From: Opitutales bacterium
GTDB lineage: Bacteria > Verrucomicrobiota > Verrucomicrobiia > Opitutales > UBA9783
Assembly (NCBI GenBank): GCA_024407725.1
Contig: JAKSVZ010000005.1
Span: 1-32,000 of the forward strand
Length of the DNA stretch: 32,000 nucleotides
Reading direction: 5' to 3'
The translations under genes and the position numbers were made by a program. Below the pieces are notes generated by a model. That model searched no databases. It saw nothing but the letters and a program-made list of their open reading frames with translations, and had not been told where the DNA came from. Positions within the stretch are counted from its first letter, which is position 1. Each line of letters opens with the position of its first letter. Below are positions 17,085 to 25,490 of the stretch, piece by piece.

Positions 17085-18229
17085 CACAACTTAATCATAT
17101 GTCGTCCGAAAGTGTCGGTGAAGGACATCCCGACAAAGTGGCCGATTATATATCTGATTCCATTTTAGATGCCTGTTTGGCGCAGGATCCTGCCTCCCAT
17201 GTGGCATGCGAAACCTTGGTTAAATCCAACTGTGTTGTGGTAGCAGGGGAAATTACAACCAACGCTCGTTTTAACACCGAAGAAGTGGTACGTAATGCAA
17301 TTCGCGAAATCGGGTATACTTACCCAGAAATGGCATTCAGTGCAGATAAAGTTTTTGTTCTTAATTTGCTCACAGCACAATCTCAAGAAATCAACAACGC
17401 AGTATCGAAAGACACCGAAGAAATCGGTGCGGGTGATCAAGGGTTTTTCTTCGGATATGCCTGCAATGAAACAGAAGAATTCTTGCCTCTCCCTTATGTA
17501 TTAGCGCATAAGCTTTGCAAAAAATTGTCCGATGAACGTAAACTCAATGGAGTTAAGTGGTTGCGTCCCGATTGCAAATCCATGGTTACCATGGCTTATG
17601 ATGGTTGGAAGCCAGTCGCTATCGAAAATTTAGTTATTTCCACGCAACACAGCGCAGATATTTCCCAACAAGAAATTGCTGCATTTTGCAAAAAAGAAAT
17701 CATTCCAGCAGTTATCCCAAGCCAATACCTAACCAAGGATACCCAATTTTATATCAATTCTAGCGGCAGTTTTGTTTATGGTGGACCCGAAGCAGACTCA
17801 GGGCTTACTGGCCGTAAAATTATTGTAGATACCTATGGCGGTTGGGCGCATCATGGCGGAGGAGCTTTCTCAGGCAAAGATCCTTCTAAGGTAGATCGTT
17901 CGGGCGCTTATTTCTGCCGGTGGGTTGCCAAAAACATTGTCGCAGCTAAATTAGCCGACCGCGTTGAGGTTCGCTTAGCCTATACCATTGGTGGAACCAC
18001 ACCCATTAACTACGATTTAACAACCTACGGTACCGAGCATTGCGATCTGCAAAAGCTACAAAAAGCTTTGCCAGAGGTATTTGATGCCCGTCCAGGGGTA
18101 TTTTTAAAACGCCTCAAGATGTTCCAGCCGATCTATCGCAAAACAACACAATTTGGTCACTTCACAAAAGCTGATTTGCCGTGGGAACAGACCGATTGCG
18201 TTGATGCGTTAAAACGCGCCTGCTGCTAA
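17081..18229 (+). CDS. metK: S-adenosylmethionine synthetase
   Basis: [51 protein letters not shown] and [19 protein letters not shown] are diagnostic MetK motifs. An alternative start at Met7 is possible. Confidence 0.95.
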   Translation: MTQLNHMSSESVGEGHPDKVADYISDSILDACLAQDPASHVACETLVKSNCVVVAGEITTNARFNTEEVVRNAIREIGYTYPEMAFSADKVFVLNLLTAQSQEINNAVSKDTEEIGAGDQGFFFGYACNETEEFLPLPYVLAHKLCKKLSDERKLNGVKWLRPDCKSMVTMAYDGWKPVAIENLVISTQHSADISQQEIAAFCKKEIIPAVIPSQYLTKDTQFYINSSGSFVYGGPEADSGLTGRKIIVDTYGGWAHHGGGAFSGKDPSKVDRSGAYFCRWVAKNIVAAKLADRVEVRLAYTIGGTTPINYDLTTYGTEHCDLQKLQKALPEVFDARPGVFLKRLKMFQPIYRKTTQFGHFTKADLPWEQTDCVDALKRACC

Positions 18230-18271
18230 CAGCATTCAGGTTAAGTTTTTTGTAGGTTAAAAAAACAACCC

Positions 18272-18661
18272 ATGGGCGTACCGATTGAGCTTTTATCTCA
18301 GTTCCAAAGCCATGTACAAGCATTGGCAAGTACACAGGCTGGAAATTTTATCGATGAGATAAAAGCTCAATTTCCGACCCCAACAGAACCCTTTCTTCAT
18401 CGTCTTTGTAGGAAAATCGACATTAAAGGTCAGCTGTTCGTTGCGTACGACGACCTTAAGGATTTACGTCCAACGTCAGATGAACAGCTAGACGATAACA
18501 ATTGGTTGAAAATCATCTGGATTTTAGCCTATTTTGGAGCACAATCAGACACTGGCATCCGTTACAAAGCCATCAATACGCTGCTGAAAGTACGGGATGC
18601 GCATCCAAGTAATCATGCGCTTGTAGAGCAATTGTATGCGTTGATTGAGGCAGAGTTATGA
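18272..18661 (+). CDS. Hypothetical protein (129 aa), no motif recognised
   Basis: An ORF with a clean ATG 42 nt after metK. Its stop overlaps the next gene's start (ATGA at 18658-18661), implying co-translation. No competing ORF on the other frames. Confidence 0.6.
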   Translation: MGVPIELLSQFQSHVQALASTQAGNFIDEIKAQFPTPTEPFLHRLCRKIDIKGQLFVAYDDLKDLRPTSDEQLDDNNWLKIIWILAYFGAQSDTGIRYKAINTLLKVRDAHPSNHALVEQLYALIEAEL

Positions 18662-19509
18662 AAACGTTAAACTGTACGGTATTACTCTTTGAAAGCCCTA
18701 TAGCGCGCGCTTATTTAGCTGTTATCAAACAGTGCGGATTTCGCGTAAAACGCATCATTAAATGCTTCAATGGAGAACAAAAGTGGAAGTGGATGCCGAA
18801 AAGCTTACGCAATCCGCTTCTATGCACCAAGGATTCCGTACGTAACAACTATTGGCCCAATACATTTCAGCGTAATGGCTTAGCAAAACCGATTATCGAT
18901 CGCATCTGCAAATCTTATCAATTACCAACGGATTTTTTTGATATCTTTTTTGCCAACGACCAAAAACTCAGTACCTGCGCCGACGAAGTGCTATACTGCG
19001 ATTGGGGAACGGATGGCTGGAAAAGCGACACGTTATTTCAATTGCTGCAATCGTTCGGGGCAGAAACGTATCTGTTTACCGGTGGCGGCCTTGTAGCGCA
19101 TCGAATTTTAACCTTACCCAATACTGAATTTGTGCATGTGCATCCAGCAGTTTTACCCTATATACGTGGAGCAGACGGCCTCTTATGGTCAACTTTGCTC
19201 AATGGCAAACCAGGGGCATCTTGCTTCTACATGGTTCCTCAGTTAGACGAAGGGCATCTTATCACAACCGCAGCTTTCGAGCCTGTGCAATTGCCCATGC
19301 CGCAATCCGCTGATTTAAAAACGCTGTATCGATTAATTTTCTCTTTTTACGATCCAGTTATCCGAGCTTTATGTCTTAAAAAGGTGCTGGAACAATTCGG
19401 TACTTTAAGCCATCTACCGACTCAAGAACAAGAAACGCACTTGGGGATTACTTATCATTTTATGCACCCTTTTCTTCAACAGAAGGTTTTGAACAAAATT
19501 TTTGTATAA
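18658..19509 (+). CDS. Formyltransferase-fold protein (Fmt/ArnA/PurN N-domain-like), atypical catalytic motif
   Basis: ETYLFTGGGLVAHRILTLPNTEFVHVHPAVLPYIRGADGLLWSTLLNGKPGASCFYMVPQLDEGHLI aligns by eye with the formyl_trans_N core (..N-x-H-x-S-L-L-P-x-x-R-G..P..W....G....G-x-T...M...-D-x-G-x-I). The conserved Asn position reads His (H-V-H). The N-terminus TVLLFESPIARAYLAVIKQCGFRV resembles the Rossmann-like beginning of the fold. Confidence 0.55.
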   Translation: MKTLNCTVLLFESPIARAYLAVIKQCGFRVKRIIKCFNGEQKWKWMPKSLRNPLLCTKDSVRNNYWPNTFQRNGLAKPIIDRICKSYQLPTDFFDIFFANDQKLSTCADEVLYCDWGTDGWKSDTLFQLLQSFGAETYLFTGGGLVAHRILTLPNTEFVHVHPAVLPYIRGADGLLWSTLLNGKPGASCFYMVPQLDEGHLITTAAFEPVQLPMPQSADLKTLYRLIFSFYDPVIRALCLKKVLEQFGTLSHLPTQEQETHLGITYHFMHPFLQQKVLNKIFV

Positions 19510-19576
19510 ATAAACTAAGGTTTGTATCGGTATTTGACGGAATACCAAACGTGCGCTACCCTAAAAAGGTTGTAAT

Positions 19577-20194
19577 ATGAATGCCGATCCAAAATCAAAT
19601 GGGAGTAATGATGAGGATCTACAATGGCTAGAACGATTTAAGGCCGGCAATACCCACGCATTTGATTTTATTGTACGCAAGTATCAACGGTGCTTGTATC
19701 GCATTATTTACAACATGGTTAGCAATAAAGAGGATGCGGCGGATATGTTGCAAAACGTATTTATCAAAGCCTTTCAATCCATTGAACAATTCAAAGGAGA
19801 ATCTAATTTCTACACGTGGCTTTATCGTATTGCGATCAACCTTACGCTTAATTTTATCGAAAAGAATAAAAAACGCGCATCAATAGCCCTCGAACCCATA
19901 GCCAATGAGGAAGGAGTCGCGGAATTTTTAAACCTAGATAAAAACGCAAAACCCGGAGACCGAGCGTTATTGTTAAAAGAATTACAGGAAAAATTGAACG
20001 AATCGCTACAAAATCTGTCTTCTATACATAGAACAGTTATTGTTTTATTTGAAATAGAAGGTTTGAGTCATAAAGAAATTGCACAAATTTTACATTGTAC
20101 AGAAGGAACTGTGCGTTCGCGCTTGCATTATGCAAAAGAACAATTAAAACACTCATTATTGCCTTATCTCAAAGATGAATCGGAAACTATTTAA
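19577..20194 (+). CDS. ECF-type RNA polymerase sigma-70 factor
   Basis: 205 aa. Region 2 reads FDFIVRKYQRCLYRIIYNMVSNKEDAADMLQNVFIKAFQSIEQFKGESNFYTWLYRIAINLTLNF. Region 4 HTH reads LSSIHRTVIVLFEIEGLSHKEIAQILHCTEGTVRSRLHYAKEQLK. Confidence 0.85.
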   Translation: MNADPKSNGSNDEDLQWLERFKAGNTHAFDFIVRKYQRCLYRIIYNMVSNKEDAADMLQNVFIKAFQSIEQFKGESNFYTWLYRIAINLTLNFIEKNKKRASIALEPIANEEGVAEFLNLDKNAKPGDRALLLKELQEKLNESLQNLSSIHRTVIVLFEIEGLSHKEIAQILHCTEGTVRSRLHYAKEQLKHSLLPYLKDESETI

Positions 20195-20564
20195 TTTAAG
20201 CCAATTATTACAGTTAAAACGTTACGAAATGCCAACAGAAGCATTTTGGGACGAATTTGATACTCGTTTACAACAACAGTTAGCGTCGGTAACCCCAGCA
20301 TCGATTTCACCTATTCACAATCTGGTTGTATGGATGCGGCGTTTATTCCCCATTACCGCTATCTGCATGGTAATGATTGGAATGCTGTATGCGTTAGGAA
20401 TTCAACATCCTCGTTTTATCTCGTTGAATCAACCAAATATGCTCGCAAGCTGTTTCTATTCATCGGTTGATCAAGTACCGACGTTAAATGATAAGGGAAT
20501 AGATAATCTTTTGTGCTCTCAGAAAAAAGTTGCCTCTCTTACCGCTCATGGTTTTCATTTTTAA
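20175..20564 (+). CDS. Putative single-pass anti-sigma factor
   Basis: It overlaps the sigma gene's 3' end by 20 nt. 129 aa, with a ~55-aa N-terminal soluble part, one TM helix (LFPITAICMVMIGMLYALGI) and a ~50-aa C-terminal part ending AHGFHF. The call is by position and architecture only. Confidence 0.5.
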   Translation: MNRKLFNLSQLLQLKRYEMPTEAFWDEFDTRLQQQLASVTPASISPIHNLVVWMRRLFPITAICMVMIGMLYALGIQHPRFISLNQPNMLASCFYSSVDQVPTLNDKGIDNLLCSQKKVASLTAHGFHF

Positions 20565-20590
20565 TGAAAATTCAATAGAGGTAAAAAGCT

Positions 20591-21553
20591 ATGCGGTTGA
20601 TTAAGAGCATTTTAAGCATTTCTATTGGATTATCCCTAAGCAGCACGCTACTAGCGCACGAAGAGCCAACGTTAGAGCCATCGTCCGCAAAACAATCCCT
20701 TGTTGAATTATTTAATAATTACAGCCCTTGTTGTGTACGTATTCGATGCACCAAAGAGGGAAAACCATGCTTTTTGAGCGGCTTTTTCGTTAGTCCCGAT
20801 GGTTATATTTTAACGGCAGTAACCCACGGAAGTGATTTTTACGTTGAAACTGCACTAGGGCAGATCACCACTGCACAAAAAATAGGGGAGGATGAAATCC
20901 TTGCGATTTGCTTACTAAAAGCCAATCTTTCAAAGGAACAAACCGTACCTTATTTCTCATTAATGCAATCGGTACCACCGGTAGCAATAGGCGAAAGTAT
21001 TGTCAGTTTGTCCTGTAAATTGGGTCAAGCGGTAGCGCCCCAAAAGGGTTATGTAACCGATATGTGCGACCGTTGCCTAGGGCATGAATTTCCTATCACC
21101 TATGTGCGTTCAACTTTGGCCATTGAATCGGGAGATAGCGGCGGAGCGGTATTAAACCGACAAGGGAATTTGTGTGGTATGCTGCTGCACGCCATTGAAG
21201 GGACAAGGGAAACCTTTTATGTACCTCAATGGGCCTTAGAACGGATTTATCAAAATCTGCTCATTTTTGGTCACGTAACCCATGGCTATGCGGGCATACA
21301 TGTAGAAACCTGTTGGGATAAACAACAAAACCAAGTATGTTTGCGCATCGTATCGATTGACGCGGGTTCGCCTGGGGAACAGTACAAATTCAAAGTGGGC
21401 GATATTTTAACCCATCTCAATGGAGTGGAATTGTACACGCTGGAGGATTTAAAGAATTACCTATTTTTAGCTGATCAGGGTGTTTTGTGGTTTACCGTCA
21501 TACGCGATAATAAGACCCTACAATTACCCTTAAAAATGAGAAAAAATAAATAA
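20591..21553 (+). CDS. Secreted trypsin-like (S1, HtrA/DegS-like) serine protease with one C-terminal PDZ domain
   Basis: Signal peptide MRLIKSILSISIGLSLSSTLLAHE. His region GFFVSPDGYILTAVTHG. Acidic region GEDEILAICLLKA. Ser region ESGDSGGAVLNRQGNLCGM. PDZ-like LRIVSIDAGSPGEQYKFKVGDILTHLNGVELYTLEDLKNYL. Confidence 0.75.
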   Translation: MRLIKSILSISIGLSLSSTLLAHEEPTLEPSSAKQSLVELFNNYSPCCVRIRCTKEGKPCFLSGFFVSPDGYILTAVTHGSDFYVETALGQITTAQKIGEDEILAICLLKANLSKEQTVPYFSLMQSVPPVAIGESIVSLSCKLGQAVAPQKGYVTDMCDRCLGHEFPITYVRSTLAIESGDSGGAVLNRQGNLCGMLLHAIEGTRETFYVPQWALERIYQNLLIFGHVTHGYAGIHVETCWDKQQNQVCLRIVSIDAGSPGEQYKFKVGDILTHLNGVELYTLEDLKNYLFLADQGVLWFTVIRDNKTLQLPLKMRKNK

Positions 21554-21556
21554 ATT

Positions 21557-22018
21557 ATGGAGCCCGATCATTTAAAGAAAATTATTCGTTTAATGGTGGA
21601 AGCCGATTTAAGCGAACTATCCATAGAAGACAAAAGCGCTAAAATTAGCCTCAAGCGGGGTACTTGTGTAGCAGTTACTTCTGCCGCCCCATCCATTCCT
21701 GCTGTTCCTGTTCAAGTTTCCAATGTACCAGCATCTACAAACACTCCTGCTGCCTCATCTGCTGAATCTGCTAATACCTTTATCATTAAATCGCCCATGG
21801 TCGGTACATTCTATGCCGCTCCAAATCCTGACGCCAAACCTTACGTTGAAGTAGGATCTACCGTCAATAATGATACGGTGGTATGCGTTCTAGAAGCCAT
21901 GAAGGTCATGAATGAAATTTGCGCAGAGTGTTCTGGAAAAATCGTAGAAGTTTTGGCCAAAAACGGGTCAGCAATTGAATACGGTCAGCCCTTATTCAGG
22001 GTACAATTAAAGGCATGA
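21557..22018 (+). CDS. accB: Acetyl-CoA carboxylase biotin carboxyl carrier protein
   Basis: An Ala/Pro-rich linker is followed by SPMVGTFY....[13 protein letters not shown] (biotinyl-lysine motif E-A-M-K). It starts 3 nt after the protease stop. Confidence 0.9.
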   Translation: MEPDHLKKIIRLMVEADLSELSIEDKSAKISLKRGTCVAVTSAAPSIPAVPVQVSNVPASTNTPAASSAESANTFIIKSPMVGTFYAAPNPDAKPYVEVGSTVNNDTVVCVLEAMKVMNEICAECSGKIVEVLAKNGSAIEYGQPLFRVQLKA

Positions 22019-23409
22019 TCACTAAAGTTCTTATCGCTAATCGCGGAGAAATCGCATTACGGGCGATACGCGCTTGTAAAGAGTTAGGTATTAAATCCTT
22101 AGCGGTTTACTCCGAAGCCGATCTTCAATCCTTACCCATACAATTAGCCGATGAAGCAATTTGTATTGGAAGTGCTCCTGCGTCCTTAAGCTATTTAAAG
22201 CCCGATCGTATTTTGAGTGCGGCTGCGGTTTGCAATGCGGATGCGGTTTACCCAGGATACGGATTTTTATCTGAAAACGCTACTTTTGCGGAACAATGTA
22301 CTGCAAATGGGATTAAATTTATTGGACCGAGCGCCAAAACCATCAAATGCATGGGAGATAAAGTCATGGCTCGGCAAATGGCTAAAAAGGCTGGCGTTCC
22401 GATTATCCCCGGCAGCGATACCATCACGGATGAACGCAAAGGGTTGAAAGTCGCCAACAAAATTGGTTATCCGGTGATTATTAAGGCAGCAGGCGGTGGC
22501 GGCGGCAAAGGAATACGGGTTGCCAACAACAACATTACTTTTATTAAAGAATTGCGTGCGGCTCAAATGGAAGCCGAAAAAGCATTCAGTAATCCTGCTG
22601 TTTACATCGAAAAATACATTGAAGATCCGCGGCATATAGAAATTCAAGTGTTAGCGGATTCGTATGGGCATGCAATTCACGTTGGCGAGCGCGATTGTTC
22701 TCTCCAACGCAACCATCAGAAGTTAATTGAAGAAGCACCGTCAACTTTCCTCGATAAAAATTTACGGGAACGTATGGGCAAAGCAGCCATTAAGTTGGTC
22801 AAAAAATGCCAATACGAAGGAGCAGGAACCGTTGAATTCTTGGTCGATAAGCATGGAAATTTCTACTTTATCGAAATGAACACCCGTATTCAGGTGGAAC
22901 ATACGGTAACCGAAGAAGCTATGGGGATCGATTTGGTCCAATGGCAGTTGCGCATTGCGAACAAAGAACATTTAACCTTACAGCAAAAAGATATTAAGTG
23001 CATTAATCATGCGATTGAATGCCGTATTAATGCAGAAGATCCAGACCGTAATTTTGCACCTTGTCCCGGTACCATCACCTTTTATCACGAACCGGGTGGA
23101 CGTGGTATTCGCATCGATTCTCACGTTTATCAGGGGTATAGCATCCCGATGTATTACGATAGTATGATCGGTAAATTGATTGCGATTGGGGCTAACCGTG
23201 AAGAAGCCATTAAACGCATGCAACGCGCTTTGGATGAGTGCATGATTGGGGGAGTAAAAACCTCAATTCCTCTGTGCAAAAAGCTTATTTCAGACCCCGA
23301 TTTTCAAGCAGGCCGCACCCATACGCATTTTATCGAAGCTTTTTTGAAAAAAGCGAATGCGCCTCAACCCGATCAAAAAAACGATAAGGTCAGTAAAAAG
23401 AAGTCGTAA
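22015..23409 (+). CDS. accC: Acetyl-CoA carboxylase biotin carboxylase subunit
   Basis: [23 protein letters not shown], the ATP-grasp [19 protein letters not shown], and [14 protein letters not shown]. The start overlaps the accB stop. Confidence 0.95.
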   Translation: MITKVLIANRGEIALRAIRACKELGIKSLAVYSEADLQSLPIQLADEAICIGSAPASLSYLKPDRILSAAAVCNADAVYPGYGFLSENATFAEQCTANGIKFIGPSAKTIKCMGDKVMARQMAKKAGVPIIPGSDTITDERKGLKVANKIGYPVIIKAAGGGGGKGIRVANNNITFIKELRAAQMEAEKAFSNPAVYIEKYIEDPRHIEIQVLADSYGHAIHVGERDCSLQRNHQKLIEEAPSTFLDKNLRERMGKAAIKLVKKCQYEGAGTVEFLVDKHGNFYFIEMNTRIQVEHTVTEEAMGIDLVQWQLRIANKEHLTLQQKDIKCINHAIECRINAEDPDRNFAPCPGTITFYHEPGGRGIRIDSHVYQGYSIPMYYDSMIGKLIAIGANREEAIKRMQRALDECMIGGVKTSIPLCKKLISDPDFQAGRTHTHFIEAFLKKANAPQPDQKNDKVSKKKS

Positions 23410-23439
23410 ATGATCCCCAACGCACAAACCGTTTAACCT

Positions 23440-23943
23440 ATGGCATCGATTGAATTACAAGAAGTTTTAAAAACGGTTATGCGTTGTACTTGGGATACTG
23501 CCCATTTTTTAGCGCCGTATTGCTGGCGTTATCGGATGGAACTGGGAATTATCGCCCTTATCCTTTTGTTGGTGCATTGGGTTCGCAAATACCAAAAAGC
23601 ACACGCACCCATTCGTGTATGTTCCAAAGAAGGTGGTGAGTTTTTCGTTAATCGTACCGCTATTTTAAAGCTCATTCGAAATAACATTTCCCAAACAGGT
23701 TTTGGTACCGCCAAACGGGTTCTGTTGAAGGATACAAGGCGCTACGTTGAAGTTCGTTTAACCGTTGTATTAGCGTCCGGACAATCTTTTGAACAAGCAT
23801 CTTCTGTTTTTCAAGCTTGCGTTAAAAGCGCTATTATTGGTACGCTAGGTGAAAGCAAACCGTGTCGTATTTCTATCTTTTTAGATAAAATTGAGCCGGC
23901 ACGCGCAAAGGAAGAATCGAATAACGCCAATGGGTGTCAATAA
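23440..23943 (+). CDS. Hypothetical membrane-anchored protein; weak resemblance in layout to Asp23/AmaP-type proteins
   Basis: 167 aa with one TM (LGIIALILLLVHWV). A domain of alternating pattern follows: FVNRTAILKLIRNNISQTGFGTAKRVLLKDTRRYVEVRLTVVLASGQSFEQASSVFQACVKSAIIGTLG...ISIFLDKIE. The functional label is a guess from architecture and position after accBC. Confidence 0.5.
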   Translation: MASIELQEVLKTVMRCTWDTAHFLAPYCWRYRMELGIIALILLLVHWVRKYQKAHAPIRVCSKEGGEFFVNRTAILKLIRNNISQTGFGTAKRVLLKDTRRYVEVRLTVVLASGQSFEQASSVFQACVKSAIIGTLGESKPCRISIFLDKIEPARAKEESNNANGCQ

Positions 23944-24955
23944 AGATTCAATTATTTTAACGGGCGATCGTCCAACCGGCCCATTACATTTAGGTCATTT
24001 TGTCGGGTCTTTGCAAAAGCGGGTCGAATTGCAAAACCAATGCAAGCAGTATATCATGATAGCTGATATGCAGGCCTTAACTGACTACTTTAAGCAACCT
24101 GAAAAGGTAGTGCAAAATGTAACCGAGGTTGTTAAGGATTATCTAGCAGTCGGCATTGACCCTGAAAAAAGCACTATCTTTATTCAATCTCAAATTCCTG
24201 AGTTAACGGAACTAACAACTCTGTTCATGAATTTGGTCACCACCGCGCGTTTGGAACGCAACCCAACCATTAAGGCTGAAATACAACTGCGGCAGTTCGA
24301 TGATTCAATTCCTGCAGGATTTTTATGCTATCCCGTTAGTCAGGCCGCTGATATTACTTTGTTTAACGCGACCCACGTTCCAGCAGGCGAAGACCAAGCG
24401 CCGATGATTGAACAAACCAACGAGTTGGTCAGGCGGTTCAATTATACCTACAACACTGATTGTTTAAACGAGGTCGAGCTGTTGTTAAGCAACACCCCGC
24501 GTTTAATTGGTATCGACGGAAACGCTAAAGCGTCGAAATCCTTAGGCAATGCTATTTTCTTAGGAGATTCCCCAGAAACGGTACACGATAAGATTTTCTC
24601 TATGTATACCGATCCCAACCACATACGTGTAAATGACCCAGGAAGGGTTGAGGGCAATGTGGTTTTTGCGTACTTGGATGCTTTCCATCCGGATAAGGAG
24701 CAAGTAGCAGAATGGAAAGAGCATTACCAAAAAGGTGGGCTAGGGGATATGTTCCTAAAGAAACAGCTATGCGATGCTGTACAAAACCTATTAACGCCTA
24801 TACGGGAACGGCGCGCAAGGATTAGCGATGAAGAGGCTTTGGATATCGCTGTAGCTGGAGCTCAAGCCCTAAAGCCAATCGCCCAAAACACCCTCAATAA
24901 GGTAAAAAGTGCAGTCGGGATCTGTTATCATTCGTCCCGAATAAACCCTTTATGA
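23930..24955 (+). CDS. trpS: Tryptophan--tRNA ligase
   Basis: Re-started at the internal ATG 23930 (MGVNKDSIILTGDRPTGPLHLGHFVGS, HIGH-type motif close to the N-terminus as in TrpS). KMSKS-type loop NAKASKSLGNAI. The track start at 23891 would add 13 basic residues and a larger overlap. Confidence 0.9.
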   Translation: MGVNKDSIILTGDRPTGPLHLGHFVGSLQKRVELQNQCKQYIMIADMQALTDYFKQPEKVVQNVTEVVKDYLAVGIDPEKSTIFIQSQIPELTELTTLFMNLVTTARLERNPTIKAEIQLRQFDDSIPAGFLCYPVSQAADITLFNATHVPAGEDQAPMIEQTNELVRRFNYTYNTDCLNEVELLLSNTPRLIGIDGNAKASKSLGNAIFLGDSPETVHDKIFSMYTDPNHIRVNDPGRVEGNVVFAYLDAFHPDKEQVAEWKEHYQKGGLGDMFLKKQLCDAVQNLLTPIRERRARISDEEALDIAVAGAQALKPIAQNTLNKVKSAVGICYHSSRINPL

Positions 24956-25431
24956 AGTCTGCCCATACAAAAACAAAAGGATTCACACTAGTAGAAATTA
25001 TCATTGTTTTAGCCATTATAGGTATTTTAACCTCAATGGCATTTCCTCTGGGTCAACATATACGGAATCGTTCGACTCAGGTTTCCAAACAGGCAGACGC
25101 TGTGCGCTTTCAAACTGCCATTTACGACTTCGCTATCCATTATCATCATTATCCCCCAACGCTTCCCAAGGATACTTGGTTCAATTTGGCTCAAGAATTT
25201 GACCGCTTTATCAATGATTTTTCAGGCAAAAAAACCACAAGTATCAATCCAGAAGGGGTAGCGTTTTGCAGCTTCACACCTGAAGAATACCGCGAAAAAA
25301 GCATTAAACCCTTATGGTTGTTCATTCAAGGGAAGAAAACGCGCGCAGAAGCCGTTCAGGAGTTAAAAGCAAAATTTACTACCGCTGATAAGGTCGAAGG
25401 TACCACTATCCTGTTTTATTCTCCTAAATAA
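24952..25431 (+). CDS. Prepilin-type N-terminal cleavage/methylation domain protein (type II secretion pseudopilin / type IV pilin-like)
   Basis: MKSAHTKTKG|FTLVEIIIVLAIIGILTSMAF is the canonical G-F-T-L-x-E prepilin peptidase site plus a hydrophobic helix. The start overlaps the trpS stop (ATGA). Confidence 0.7.
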   Translation: MKSAHTKTKGFTLVEIIIVLAIIGILTSMAFPLGQHIRNRSTQVSKQADAVRFQTAIYDFAIHYHHYPPTLPKDTWFNLAQEFDRFINDFSGKKTTSINPEGVAFCSFTPEEYREKSIKPLWLFIQGKKTRAEAVQELKAKFTTADKVEGTTILFYSPK

Positions 25432-25490
25432 AAAATATCTCCCTTATAGATTGTTTTTTTACACAAAAACAGGTACTTTGGGAATAACTT

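Noticed and set aside
18245-18266. Hairpin gtttttt-gtaggtta-aaaaaac between metK and the orphan ORF
   Set aside because: The stem is almost entirely A:T (one G:C), has no U-tract and is probably too weak. It is noted only as a possible minor attenuator.
19520-19576. Imperfect hairpin (gttt..ggtatt-tgacgg-aatacc-aaac) and a GGAATA...CTAAA sigmaE-like promoter upstream of the ECF sigma gene
   Set aside because: The hairpin has a 5-nt bulge and no U-tract. The putative -10 overlaps the Shine-Dalgarno region, leaving no room for a leader. This is not convincing.
22217-23223. Cluster of antisense and alternative-frame track ORFs inside accC (22217..22447, 22248..22460, 22267..22647, 22762..22971, 22978..23223)
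   Set aside because: accC is unambiguous across this whole span. The overlapping ORFs have no motifs and odd composition. They are shadow ORFs.
25429-25490. Possible terminator after the pseudopilin gene (tgttttt-ttacac-aaaaaca)
   Set aside because: The stem is nearly all A:T. It overlaps what is probably the pyrG promoter or leader region. It cannot be supported as a terminator by eye.
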